A stretch of 64,000 nucleotides of DNA, taken from the NCBI RefSeq assembly GCF_009914755.1, contig NC_060926.1; one strand, 5' to 3'. The translations under genes were made by a program, and so were the position numbers. The notes under the pieces were generated by a model, which saw nothing but the letters and a program-made list of their open reading frames with translations, had not been told where the DNA came from and did not search any database. Source of the stretch: the human T2T-CHM13v2.0 reference genome, Homo sapiens. Shown one piece after another: positions 50,505 to 63,329 of this stretch. Each line of letters opens with the position of its first letter. Position 1 is the stretch's first letter.

Positions 50505-52480
50505 TCCCCACCATCACCCGCCACCCGCCCCCAACACCTGTACCCCACCACAGTCATCACCACCGCCATCCATATCACTGTCTTCACCACCTCCGTCCAC
50601 ACCACCATCATCATCACTAGCATCGCCCCCATGCCTACCATCATCACCACCACCATCCCCATCCACAGCCCCTACCACCACCATCACCACCATCCCCATC
50701 CACACCCCCTACCACCATCCTCACCACCATCCCCATCCACACCCCCTACCACCACCATCACCACCATCCCCATCCACACCCCCTACCACCATCCTCACCA
50801 CCATCCCCATCCACACCCCCTACCACCACCATCACCACCATCCCCATCCACAGCCCCTACCACCACCATCACCACCATCCCCATCCACACCCCCTACCAC
50901 CACCATCACCACCATCCCCATCCACACCCCCTACCACCACCATCACCACCATCCCCATCCACACCCCCTACCACCACCATCACCACCATCCCCATCCACA
51001 CCCCCTACCACCACCATCACCACCATCCCCATCCACACCCCCTACCACCACCATCACCACCATCCCCATCCACACCCCCTACCACCACCATCACCACCAT
51101 CCCCATCCACACCCCCTACCACCACCATCACCACCATCCCCATCCACACCCCCTACCACCACCATCACCACCATCCCCATCCACACCCCCTACCACCACC
51201 ATCACCACCATCCCCATACACACCCCCTACCACCACCATCACCACCATCCCCATCCACACCCCCTACCACCACCATCACCACCATCCCCATCCACACCCC
51301 CTACCACCACCATCACCACCATCCCCATCCACAGCCCCTACCACCACCATCACCACCATCCCCATCCACAGCCCCTACCACCACCATCACCACCATCCCC
51401 ATACACACCCCCTACCACCACCATCACCACCATCCCCATCCACAGCCCCTACCACCACCATCACCACCATCCCCATCCACAGCCCCACCACCATCCTCAC
51501 CACCATCCCCATCCACACCCCCTACCACCACCATCACCACCATCCCCATCCACAGCCCCTACCACCACCATCACCACCATCCCCATACACACCCCCTACC
51601 ACCACCATCACCACCATCCCCATCCACAGCCCCTACCACCACCATCACCACCATCCCCATCCACAGCCCCACCACCATCCTCACCACCATCCCCATCCAC
51701 ACCCCCTACCACCACCATCACCACCATCCCCATCCACACCCCCTACCACCACCATCACCACCATCCCCATCCACACCCCCTACCACCACCATCACCACCA
51801 TCCCCATCCACACCCCCTACCACCACCATCACCACCATCCCCATCCACACCCCCTACCACCACCATCACCACCATCCCCATCCACACCCCCTACCACCAC
51901 CATCACCACCATCCCCATCCACACCCCCTACCACCACCATCACCACCATCCCCATACACACCCCCTACCACCACCATCACCACCATCCCCATACACACCC
52001 CCTACCACCACCATCACCACCATCCCCATACACACCCCCTACCACCATCCTCACCACCATCCCCATCCACACCCCCTACCACCACCATCACCACCATCCC
52101 CATACACACCCCCTACCACCACCATCACCACCATCCCCATCCACACCCCCTACCACCACCATCACCACCATCCCCATCCACACCCCCTACCACCACCATC
52201 ACCACCATCCCCATACACACCCCCTACCACCATCACCACCATCCCCATACACACCCCCTACCACCATCCTCACCACCATCCCCATACACACCCCCACCAC
52301 CATCCTCACCACCATCCCCATACACACCCCCACCACCATCACCACCACCATCATCACCACCCCCACACCCACTCCCACCATCACCATCCCAGTCCCTACC
52401 CCCATTCCACCACTGTTATCGCCACCACCATTATCATCATCACCACCATCCCCACTCCCACCCCCTCCACCACACCCAGG
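50505..52480. repeat. 37-bp VNTR (CCCTACCACCACCATCACCACCATCCCCATCCACACC), ~46 copies at ~50640-52345, with (CAC/CAT)-rich flanks
   Basis: Very homogeneous tandem array, nearly devoid of G on the + strand. Confidence 0.98.
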
Positions 52481-53148
52481 ACCCCTCTACCCTCATGCTT
52501 TTATCTTGGAGTCTGCAGCACCTGCCCAGAGGAACAATCTCCTCACCATCTGTTTACCATGTTTTTGCAAAGCCACTGTGGCACACCAGCTTGGCTTAAG
52601 TACTTATCTATTTATTTATTTATTTAATGCCTGAAATAGACCTTGATTAGGTACATTTAAGTCCCATACTTCTACACAAACTTCCTATGAGGCAATCCAC
52701 AGGCAGCCATTATACCTGATGTTGCAAATTCATTACTATTTGGACAGAATCCTGCCTCTCTCCCAACTCACAGGCCACACTCACACGTTCTATGAGACCC
52801 ATTCCTCAAGTTCCTGCTTTTCAACTTTCACCCAGTTTTTCTGTCTTCACGTTGACTTTTCACAATGAAGCTGTGTAATTACTACTTTTTTCCCCAAAGG
52901 GTTGCTGTACAGATAACTTCAAGTAACAAACCACAAAGTTGGCTGCAGAACAGACGCTAGCCAGGCCACCAGGCTCCTTGGCCTCACAGCCCCCTGACCT
53001 GGTCCACACCTTCCCCAGCCACGCCAACCTCTTGCCATAGTCTAGACACAGTCCCAACAGTGAGAGACTCAAAATGCCTCAGGAAAACAGACCATGTGCT
53101 GTCAGGTACCACCAAGAGTCAGACGCACAGAAATAGTGCATGTGTGAG

Positions 53149-53724
53149 CTGAGGATTCTGTGCCTTGCACATGGGGTGGAGCATGGAGACCCAGGAGCAC
53201 ATGAAGCACTGACCAAGCTGAGGGCCTACAGTGTACCTTGCACATGGGGTGGAGCACAGAGCCCCAGGAGCGCATGACGCACTGACCGAGCTGAGGGCCT
53301 ACTGTGTGCCTTGCATGTGGGGTGGAGCACAGAGCCCCAGGAGCGCATGAGGCACTGACCAAGCTGAGGGCCTACTGTGTGCCTTGCACATGGGGTGGAG
53401 CACAGAGACCCAGGAGCACATGAGGCACTGACCAAGCTGAGGACCTACTGTGCGCCTTGCATGCCGGGTAGAGAACAGAGCCCCAGGAGCGCACGAGGTG
53501 CTGACCGAGCTGAGGGCCTACTGTGTGCCTCGCACGCGGGGTGGAGCATGGAGCCCCAGGAGCGCACAAGGTGCTGACCGAGCTGAGGGCCTACTGTGTG
53601 CCTCGCACGCAGGGTGGAGCACGGAGCCCTGGGAGCGCATGAGGCACTGACCGAGCTGAGGGCCTACTGTGTGCCTCACATGCGGGGTGGAGCACGGAGT
53701 GCCGGGAGCGCATGAGGCGCTGAC
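53149..53724. repeat. 73-bp VNTR, ~8 copies
   Basis: ctgagggcctactgtgtgcc...ggcactgaccaag at 53218, 53291, 53364, 53437, 53510, 53583, 53656, plus a diverged first copy. Confidence 0.96.
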
Positions 53725-53811
53725 AGGCAGGTGACCTCGCAGCAGCTGTGAGGGTCGAGTCTAGATAGAGGCCCCTCCCACCTTACTTAAATAAACACAC
53801 TGAAGACTCCA

Positions 53812-54182
53812 AGCTATATGGACTGAATCCACCCCCAATTCCCCCGCCTAATTCATACACTGAAGCCCTAGACCCAGTGTGACTGTACTGGAGACAGAGC
53901 CTCTAAGGAGGTAACTAAGGTTAGAGGAGGTCATCAGGTGGGTCCTGGGTCCCTATGAGAAGAGAAAGAGACGTGGGGTTTGCACGTGCACAGAGGAGAG
54001 GCCACATGATGCCACGGTGAGAAGGGACCGATGGCAGGCCCAGAGCATAGCCTCAGGAGGACCAGCCCTGCCATGCCTGACCCTGAAGCTCCAGCCTCCA
54101 GACCCGGGAGGAAATTAACTTCTGTTGCCTGGGCCACCCAGTTCACAGTGTTCTGCTTCAGCCGTCCAGGCTGCCCGAGACA
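53812..54182 (+). mobile_element. MLT1 (MLT1A/B-like) MaLR solo LTR
   Basis: 'tatggactgaat...aattcatacactgaagcccta...aaggaggtaactaaggtta...ccagcctccagac...aaattaacttctgttg...gaca'. Confidence 0.88.
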
Positions 54183-54449
54183 CGGGCTCAGCACCTGCCT
54201 AACGGGATGCACAGCACTTCGGACGGGGCATCATCTCAAGGTCACACCTGCTTCCTGCTGGGTCCCAGGCGCACAGCCGTGGCTCCTAACGGCTCCTCTC
54301 TGCACCTCCAAGTGGAACCGCTGCCATGTCGAAACGGCTGTGGGCCAAGGGCAGGGCGCAGACCAGCAGGCCGCAGAAGAGCGCAGCACACCACACATGT
54401 GGGGTTGAGGGAGAAGCTGGCCCCGGTTCTTTACAGTCTTACTGGAAAA

Positions 54450-54770
54450 ATTAATTCAAATTGGGCTTTGTCTAAGCACCCCCTCGTGGGCTGAAACCTG
54501 GAGGAAGGGCCATAAACAAAGCACCCGGCAAATGATAGAGCAGGACGCCGTGAGGAGCCGTCGTGGGCTGCTCCAGGGACCAAGTCTTATTTCACATCTT
54601 CATTAGTGATCTGGAAGGAGCCATAAACAGCACATTAATTCCACTGCCAGATGACACTGAATTTGGAGGTGCTACAGAAAGTCAATGAGGACAGAGAGAT
54701 GATACAAACGGGATCTGAAGAGTCAGTGAGGAACGCAAGAAACAACACAGGAGTCGGCCTCGAAAAAATG
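54450..54770 (+). mobile_element. Ancient CR1-clade LINE (L3/Plat_L3-like) RT fragment
   Basis: From 54584 translates VLFHIFISDLEGAINSTLIPLPDDTEFGG versus CR1 RT LFNIFINDLE..V...LIKFADDTKLGG. Confidence 0.8.
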
Positions 54771-55053
54771 GCCCACTATTCCAGAGCCATGCCTCATTTC
54801 CATAACACAACTAAACAAAAAACACAGGTGCTCCCTACTGTCTGAAGCCCCTTGCTATTCACGTCCTTCATATCCAGAACCAGGACTCTCATTCTGCAAT
54901 GCTCAGCTCTGTCCCGGCAATCAGAGTTCTCCTCACACACCGTTCCAAACTCTGAAGCCAAAATACATCTGGTGACGTGCTACTCCTCGATCGCCACACA
55001 TGCACCCCAAACTCAGGAGGGGTGCTTGTTTACATAAACACCTTTGAGCTCAC

Positions 55054-55155
55054 CTGCGACCTGTCCCCTGAAGAAGACCTGGTGCAACGTGTTTACAAAG
55101 ACAATCGTGGGACTCTGAGCTACAGGAAGAATGCCAAACGATTCTATGATGTCTC
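55054..55155 (-). CDS. Candidate 102-nt internal cassette exon of an unidentified minus-strand gene (phase-1 reading DIIESFGILPVAQSPTIVFVNTLHQVFFRGQVA)
   Basis: Acceptor ttccttcttgtctttttag|GA, donor CAG|GTGAGC, length divisible by 3, two of three frames open, non-repetitive. Peptide not recognised; may be non-coding or unused. Confidence 0.35.
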
Positions 55156-55864
55156 CTAAAAAGACAAGAAGGAATTCAGATACTTGGAACTTACCCCAGC
55201 AACAAAATAGTTGGGTCCATAACATCTAATTTTACTTCTAAAGACAGAAAGGAGAAAAGTGTTTAAGATATTTAATCTCATTGGCTTCTAAACTCCAGTG
55301 CTTGAGCGTCATTACAAATGTCACTCTGAGACGATAGTTACATCTCCATCCTGCGTGACAAAAACCAGCAAGAAGAAAACATGTTTATACAACAAGGCGT
55401 ATTTACAAAATCTGTGCCTCAGAAGCAGCATCCTTGAAGCCTTGTAGCTGTAGGTCAGGTGCTCTGGAAGTGCGCTGTGTGCTCCTAATTAGCGCTGCTG
55501 GCCCGGCAGGTCATTGCAACAACTCCCTCAGGGGAAAAGGCCAATGGCACAGAGGACTCAACTTGATCATTCCCAGAAAGCGCCGATCCCCGTGCCTGGC
55601 ACATGAGCACTCGATGGGAGCTGTCATTGTCATCATCTTCACGGTCATCTTCGTTATCCCGTTACCTCATGTATAAAATAAGGATGATGAAAATGATGGA
55701 AGCCAAAAACCGTACATGACCTGCCCAAGGACCCACCACGAGTAGTGGAGTTGGGGCCCAAGCTCCAGTCTTCTGAGGTTTCCTTATCACTCTCCATGCC
55801 CAAGTACCGGCTACAGTCGAGGCTGTTCTGTCCACCACGCCCGGTGTGCTCTTCCTCCCTCCAG

Positions 55865-56603
55865 CAAACAACACTGCACCTGCGGGCAACACCACCCCTG
55901 CAGGCAACACCACCCCTGCAGGCAGAGCAATACCACACCTGCGGGCAACACCGCACCTGCAGGCAGGGCAATACTGCACCTGCGGGCAACACCACCCCTG
56001 CGGGCAACACCGCACCTGCAGGCAGGGCAATACTGCACCTGTGGGCAACACCACCCCTGCGGGCAACACCACCCCTGTGGACAACACCGCACCTGTGGAC
56101 AACACCGCACCTGTGGGCAGGGCAATACTGCACCTGCGGGCAACACCACCCCTGCGGGCAACACCACCCCTGAGGCAGAGCAATACCACACCTGCGGGCA
56201 ACACCACCCCTGAGGCAGAGCAATACTGCACCTGCGGGCAACACCACCCCTGCAGGCAGAGCAATATCACACCTGCGGGCAACACCGCACCTGCAGGCAG
56301 GGCAACACCGCCCCTGGGGGCAACACCACCCCTGCGGGCAACACCACCCCTGCAGGCAACACCGCACCTATGGGTGACCCGCACCTGCAGGCAGGGCAAC
56401 ACCATACCTGGGGATAACACACCTGCAGCCAACACCACACCTGCAGGCAGGGCAACACCACACCTGCAGACAACACTATACCTGCGGATGACACCACACC
56501 TGCGGGCAGGACAACACCGCACCTGCAGACAGCACGACACCTGTGGGCAACACCGCACCTGCGGGCAGGAAAACACCACACCTGCGGACAACACTGCACC
56601 TGT
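55865..56603. repeat. Mixed 18/23-bp minisatellite (GGGCAACACC[AG]C[AC]CCTGC, with or without AGGCA)
   Basis: Direct tandem repeat with two interleaved unit types; about 23 CACCTG. Confidence 0.95.
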
Positions 56604-58464
56604 GTGCTCCAGGTCCTGCATACAAAGTCCCAGAGGCAGCCCCCAGCAACTCTGCTTCCTCTTCTTGCACTAAGGTGGGAGGGCACAGACGCTCTCTTTG
56701 CTAGGCTATGTTAACATTTATCACTAACAAATGAACTATTTATTAGACCAGGCAGCAATGAAACTCACAGTTTATGGTAAATAAGACTTAGCAACCCACA
56801 CCCTAAAGGAAGTATCATTGAACTGAAATAATAACTTGTTCCCTGAAATCACAACAAACAGAACTCAGGTGAATTGATATTTCATGCTGTTTTCCTCTCT
56901 CTCACCAAAGTGACCCCAGTGAACTATTTCCATAGGAATCCCAAAAGAAAAAGGACCAAAAGAAACCCTTTCTGTTGTTAATTCAGCAGATACACTCAAC
57001 TTCAGACCTGTCTGGGCTTATGCCTCCAAAGCAAAACCCTCTTCAGCTGACAATTTGGTTAGTGCACGGCTATTCCAGAGAAGATAGGTCACCTGACTCT
57101 GTTTTTGTTAGTCTTAAAAAAAATTAGAGCCCCAAAAATAAGCTTAAAATAAAATGCAAAATGTTTTCATTTCAAAACATATTTTACTTGAGATGGTGTG
57201 AAAATTAAAGACGGGCTGGCACTGTCAAGGTGTTTTTATCTAACATATCTGAACAGGGCAGGAGGCTCCACCCGAAGCATGCTGCTGAGGGGAACGACAC
57301 CACGCAGCCTCCCGGCCCAGGGAGAGCTCTCGGGAATGTGCTCCAAACGACAGCTCCCTGGAGATCATGTCTTGATTTCTTTCTCTTTTCAAGGTGCTAT
57401 TTCTTGGCACCAGCATCATGAGAAAATTTAACTCTCACCTTTCCCAGCTGAGCACCTATACCCTGAAAAAAGGAAAGGAGTCAATCTTTTAACATCTGCA
57501 CAGAAAATGGGAAGGAAACTTTAACCGGAGACACACAAGCCGGCATGCTTGAGAAATGTATCAGCATCTTGAGTGCAGCAGAGCGTCCTCTGCCCCCGCC
57601 GCCCCGTCTTTAAGCAGGCACTTGACGATGAGGCTGATGGATTCCAACTTTTCTCCCCACCTCTCACGTACTCCATTCTTTCAAAGGGCTCTCGGTCATT
57701 TTCTCTCAGAATTCTGGTTTCACAAAGAGGAGACTAAGAATACTATTTTCCAGCGAAAACCCACTTCTTCTCTCAGCTTATTTTCACAATGCAAAGTAAC
57801 CACTCAAAAATGCAACTTTCTTCTCATTTGGTGCAGAGATCAAGGGGAAAATGCATCTTTAAACAAGAACCATTGTATCTTGACTTTCTTGTTAATCTGT
57901 AGAGGAGGATACAGTTTTCACTATGAGCAGAGAGCCTCCAGACCTCGAAGCTAAAAGAAATCTCAGGAACCCTCTAGTTCAGCACCTTCTTTCTACAGCT
58001 TAAAAAGCACGTCCTGGACCAGGCGGGCACATCAGACATCACTCCCAGTGAACAGAAGGCACAGACGCTGCCTCATCCACGGACTCCTCAGCAGTGGAAA
58101 TCTCCACAAAGGCCACGCTGCCCACAGCCACGCATGAGCTCAAATGATACAGGCTGCTCTTCACAATGAAGGATTCCAAAAGCCAATTCTCGACAGCATC
58201 TTATCCGAGGGATCGGTGGTGAATTCCACCCTCACTTCACGGGAAGATGTCCAAAGACCTGGGCCCAGGGCATATTCCACTGTCGGATCAGGAGCCAGAG
58301 TGGGATTCTGAAATCCGCTCTTCCCAGCGAGGTCAGCACGGTCCTCCCCTGGCAGGGCCTCCGTGGTGCCTTGGCTTTAGGGCTGACGGTCACGGTGAGG
58401 TGATGGTCACGGTGAGGACCCTAAAGCAGCGTTGAAACTGCACTAGCTGACCAGGACACACTGG

Positions 58465-58610
58465 CTGTGTCGCTCATGTCTGCCCCATTAGATGGTGGGT
58501 GCCTGGAGTTTGGGACTGAGTCTTCTCATCTCTCTGTCCTGAGTACTTACTGTTTTGTCTCGATCACAACAAAAGCTCAAAAAATGTTTTCAAAAAGGCA
58601 AATGACAATG
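58465..58610 (+). mobile_element. L2 3'-end fragment
   Basis: 'tgtctgccccattagatggtgggtgcctggag..gggactgagtcttctcatctctctgtcc...gctcaaaaaatgttt'. Confidence 0.65.
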
Positions 58611-58904
58611 AATGTCTAGAGCAGGAAATAGAAAAGGGTCTTAGCCGTAACCACGGTTAAGTTTCCTTTCTTGCAGATGACAAAAATGGAACCTACAAAG
58701 TTCAGGTGTCAGAGATTACAGGACTGATTTTTGGCAAAATCACGGCAAAACTTAAGTCTCCTAAGTTGCAATCCTGTGGTCTTCCTCATCCAGCACTGAC
58801 TGTGGACGCCCTAACTTGGTGAGCAGCCTTGGGATGAATTCCATTGACAGAGTCCCTCGCACACACATCTGCCTTTGGCTGAACAGAGAGGCCACAGGGT
58901 CCGG

Positions 58905-59030
58905 TGAAGACAGCACAGCCTGGAGGCAGAGCTCAAAGCCGGAATCCCAAATCCGCCCTTGCACTGCGCAGGTGGCCTTGAGAAAGTCACTCACAATGCT
59001 CCAGTTCCTTCATCAGCAAAGTGGGAAGTC
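58905..59030 (+). mobile_element. MIR
   Basis: 'gtggccttgagaaagtcactcacaatgctccagttccttcatcagcaaagtggg'. Confidence 0.65.
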
Positions 59031-59869
59031 CCCAGGCCAGTGCTCACTAGGGAGCTTAAGGCAGGGCCCTGTCCCATCAGCACCGTCCCTCCCGCAGCTG
59101 CCGAAGCGAGTGGGTGATCTGGCTGGGATGCCTTGGCGTACGTGCGAGGTGTCCCTGTCGCCACAGCCAATATATAAGCGAAAAGCGACAAACGTTACGA
59201 AAATGCAAAAACATTAAAGTCTTCATAACCTCTGGCTCTTTCCGGAGATTCAGAAATTGGCAGATAAGCTAATCTTATATTACAGTTCCTCTCTCTGATT
59301 TTTTCTTTAAAAAAAAAAAACCTAGTCACTGAAGAGGATAATCTCTCAGGATGATAAAAATTATAAAATTTCATTCCATATTTGCAATGATTCCATATAG
59401 GCGTGTCAGAAGACCAGAAATTAAAGGTTTTAGGCTCAAGACGTGGAATCCCCGGTTAAACCAGTGGTCCCCCCAGCCAGGAACGAGGCTTCTGGCAGGG
59501 ACACCAAAGGTGATGTGGGGGTGGTATCTGCCTGAAAGGTTTGGGGAACTGCCCCCAGTATCCCCGGCTTCCTACGACAAATCTGACACCATGAGGACAT
59601 CCATGCCCTTCATCTGTTCATATTTTTAGTCTCCTTCACTGATGAGGGTAAAGAGTTCCTTAAGTTTCCTCCGAGCCCTGCACGCGACAAGGTCTTCATT
59701 CTGCATTTTCTCCTTGTGGCCTCGGGGCACAGGTCCACGATGGACATGGGCCCTCAGCCAAGGTTCGCCGTGTTGTCAGCCTCCATGAACCAAGCCACGT
59801 GAGCAGCCTCCTCCTGAGGAGTGCCTTTAAAGTCCCTTACAGAGAATTACCATGTGAGGGAGAGTCTGG

Positions 59870-60075
59870 GAGCTATGGTGGCAAGACGTGAAGACACCCA
59901 GAGCAGAGTCTGGATGGGCCCAGGTTTGAATCCAGCCTCCAGGCAACCTCTATGAACCCTGTTTTCTCATCTGAAAAGCTGGGATTTCCAACAGTGTCTG
60001 CTGCTTAGTATCACGGGGCTAAATGAACCCATCTGCATAAGGAGGCAGCACAGTGCGTGGCACAGGCAGCACTGG
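59870..60075 (+). mobile_element. MIR
   Basis: 'caggtttgaatccagcctcc...ctgttttctcatctgaaaagctggg...agcacagtgcgtggcaca'. Confidence 0.75.
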
Positions 60076-60274
60076 GCCCTGCTGGCGGAGGCAGGGGTGC
60101 TCCGCTGCTGCCGTGTTGGAGTAGGCAGCAAGGGTGAGGCTGAACACTCTTGGAAGGTTCAGAGTCAAGGCCCAGACATGTAGGAAAACTGAATTCACAG
60201 CGCCAGTGTGAAAACAATGACGGGACAGAACAACGATTTAAGAAATCACATAACAAAAGCATGTTATGCACACG

Positions 60275-60435
60275 GCCTTCTCTGAATCCCAACAAAGTCT
60301 AAAGTAGTCAAGGCAGACGGAATTCCTCCCATCTTACAGATGAGAAGACTGAGGCTCAGAGACAGGAGCACCTCCTCCCCAGGCACTGCACGAGCGACAT
60401 GTGGCACTGTGAAAGCCAGAGCAGGTCCCCAGCCC
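60275..60435 (-). mobile_element. MIR
   Basis: 'cccatcttacagatgagaagactgaggctcagaga'. Confidence 0.8.
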
Positions 60436-62439
60436 CTGGAGCGCAGGACCCACCCGAGACAGCTCACTGCCCCTGGGGACATGATTAACGGCCCCTGCAG
60501 GGACACCCACAGAGCCCATGATGAGCAGCACACGAGGCTGCACCATTCCCGGCACCCACCTGGCTTTCCCAGCTCCTCCCGGGCAGTGGCCCAGTGCTTA
60601 GACAGTGTCGCTCCGTGTGCCCACTGCTGCTCCTCAGGATGCAGGATGCTGCCCTCCAGGCTGGACTCCCAGGCCGTGGCCACATACGGGCCCTGCAGCT
60701 TCGGGCAGCTGTCTGTCCTGGGGGGATTCTCCCATGATGCTAACTCAGGCTTAGGGCAGCCCCTGGCCACCCACCCGCTCAAGGCGGCACCTTCTGAAAG
60801 CCGACCCTGCCCAGGGCACCACTTGTTTGTGAAGCATTTCGTGACCACTCGTCACTCTAATAATCAGTCTCTCAGGACGTCCTCAACTCTGGTCAGTGGG
60901 ATGATGCAGTAGGCAGGAGGCCCGCTGGAAGATCCCCAGGATCCAGCCTCGTGGGCCCCGGTCACGCCGGGGGGAGTGCAGGCGGCCTGCGCGCTCAGAC
61001 TTCCGAAGTGGCCGCTGCCGCGCCTCCAGCACCTCGGGGGGAGGGCCTGACCCTCACCAGGCTGGGGTCAGTGGCGCCTTGGTTTTAGGGCCTCACGCCT
61101 CACAGGAGCTGTAACAACCTGAAAAGCAGCGCTTCCAGGTTCCCACAATCTGGCAGGACCGCCACCCTCAGCAAGGCCAAAGAACGGCCTCCAGGGGTTT
61201 AGGGTCAGAGTCCTAAGTCCAGACACAACTGCCTGATCAGTTCTGTCTTTTATCATAAGCAACCCTGCCTAGTGACCTGCTAGAGCACTGCCCCTCTCTG
61301 GTTCCCAGGGAGACAGAGCTACAACTGGGCCCAAAAAGGAAAGTTGACGAGAAGGCCAAGCTCTGGGCTCCCTGCAAGGGCCGGCGGTCAGGACCACCCC
61401 AAATATCATCCTGCATCACTGAGCAGCCCCAAGAGGTGTCCCCAGCGTGGGGCCCTGTGCAGCGAGCCTGTGCAGAGCACGCCTGATGCTCACAGGTACA
61501 GTGGGAGGTGCATCTCCAGGTTGTGAGAATGGGAATTCTCCCACTGCGGAGGAGATGAGGTGAAAAGGAGGTGGGGTCTTCAGAGAGGACCAGCATCCTG
61601 TCCACTGTGGCCCTTTGGATTTGGCAAAGGAAAGTCAAGACAGTGAAGCGGTGACAGGAAGCTGGGGCGGGCCACCTTCCACTCGAGGGCCGCCCAGTGA
61701 AAGGGCCCATTTCAGCACAAAACCTTCCCTGTGCCACCCTCCCTACTCCCAACCCCCGAAAACAGAGCTTCTGTCCTTGTCTTCAGGGAGCCACACCAAT
61801 GGCAGAGGAAAGAGAAAGCATATCCTACTGTGACAGCATCCTTTACACACTGCTACGTGTTTGCATAACAGGGCCTGGGGACCTTCTCTGAAGGGACCCT
61901 CCACAAGCCTCATGTTTCACTTGAGAGATTACCGCACAGTTTGCATTCTACTTTGTAACATATCTACATTCATTTCAGGCTATAAATCATGTTTTCATTA
62001 CTCAAAATCAAATAGAAGTAACACTACAGAAAGACGCACCACCCTTATCCTGTGGCTTCAGGTGCCCCTGGCACCCTGCCACCCACCCCTGGAGGTGCTG
62101 TGCCCTGCTTAAGAAGCTCCCATCATGGAAGGGAAGGCTCGGTCAGTGAGCCGTGAGGGCGGATAGACTCCTGGGCTGGCCCAATGCTTCCAGTGGGCTT
62201 TGTTGCCTGTGCCAGGGGCTCCTGAGGCGGCTGCTCCCCAGTGCAGAGGAGGCTATGGCTGCAGCACTGCCCCCCTCTCCTGGGGGTAAGGGGTAAGGTG
62301 CCCTGGACTGGGCATAAGGTGTGCTCTAGATGCTCAGAGCCCACTGCTCAGGACTGTTTGCACACATCCCTGGAGTCCCGTCCTTGCAGGGTACATAGAT
62401 CCAACTCTGAGACAAACCTGTTCACAGCAGCCTCATGTT

Positions 62440-62575
62440 TTCTCATTATTTAACAGCGGTGTTAGTCAACTGTGCCCATTTTACAGATGAACGCTCCAGA
62501 GGTTACTTGACTGGTCCGGGATTGGAGAGCCGGTAAGCAGCAGAGGGAAAAGCAGAGAGTCTAGGTTTTCCAGCC
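62440..62575 (-). mobile_element. MIR
   Basis: 'cccattttacagatgaa..ctccagaggtta'. Confidence 0.6.
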
Positions 62576-63329
62576 ACCAAATCTGGTGCCCTCTCCACTG
62601 CCCGATACCCCTGCAAGACCGCTGCCTCCCCAGCCTCCACTGCCCTGCTCCCACCATGCCCACCTAAGGAGGTAAAAGAAAGGCTGGGAAAATACCTGGA
62701 CCACTTTACATCTAGCTCCCCTTTTTAATTTTTCAGTACAACCTGACAGTGGGTCTCACTCATTCACAAACGCCTCCCTGGAGTGTGCTAAGTTCTCATG
62801 TCCAGGGTGTGACAGAAGAAGCGAGACAGAGAAAGGGGGAAGAACCCATTCCGCGTCACACACATTTCACTTCCAGGACACTGCAGTACCTAAGGATGCA
62901 GACCCAGAGGAATTTAGCTGCTCAGTTGTCATTCTCTTACGTTTCCTCCTACTGATTTATTCAGTACACCTCAGCAGCCTTGTTCCCAAGAAAAATCCAC
63001 TGTATCTTCCTAAATCTCACTGAGATGATAATTTCAACATAGTTCAAATTAGTCGATTCAGTCTGTCACTATGTTCTGAGCAGCTATGATGTAGCAAAAT
63101 GGCTGATCCCTCAAACGGAGTCATGTTTCAGAGGAAGATGGTGCCAGGATGAGCGGCCGAAGCTGCGTGGCCTCTGCAGGCCAGGGTGCTTGGCACAGAG
63201 GCAGGCAGCCGCGTCCAGGCCTGCCGGGGGCTTCCAGTCAGCAGGCGAGACAGGAAACAGGGAGACAAGTGCTCTGGCAGAAACGGCCACACAGGGGCCG
63301 GGAGATGGGGTGGGACCCCGGGGAGCTAG

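Noticed and set aside
50332-52634. 755-aa and 710-aa extensin/mucin-like ORFs (one starting with ATG)
   Set aside because: The 37-bp unit is not a multiple of 3, so the peptide cycles through all frames; this is a compositional artefact.
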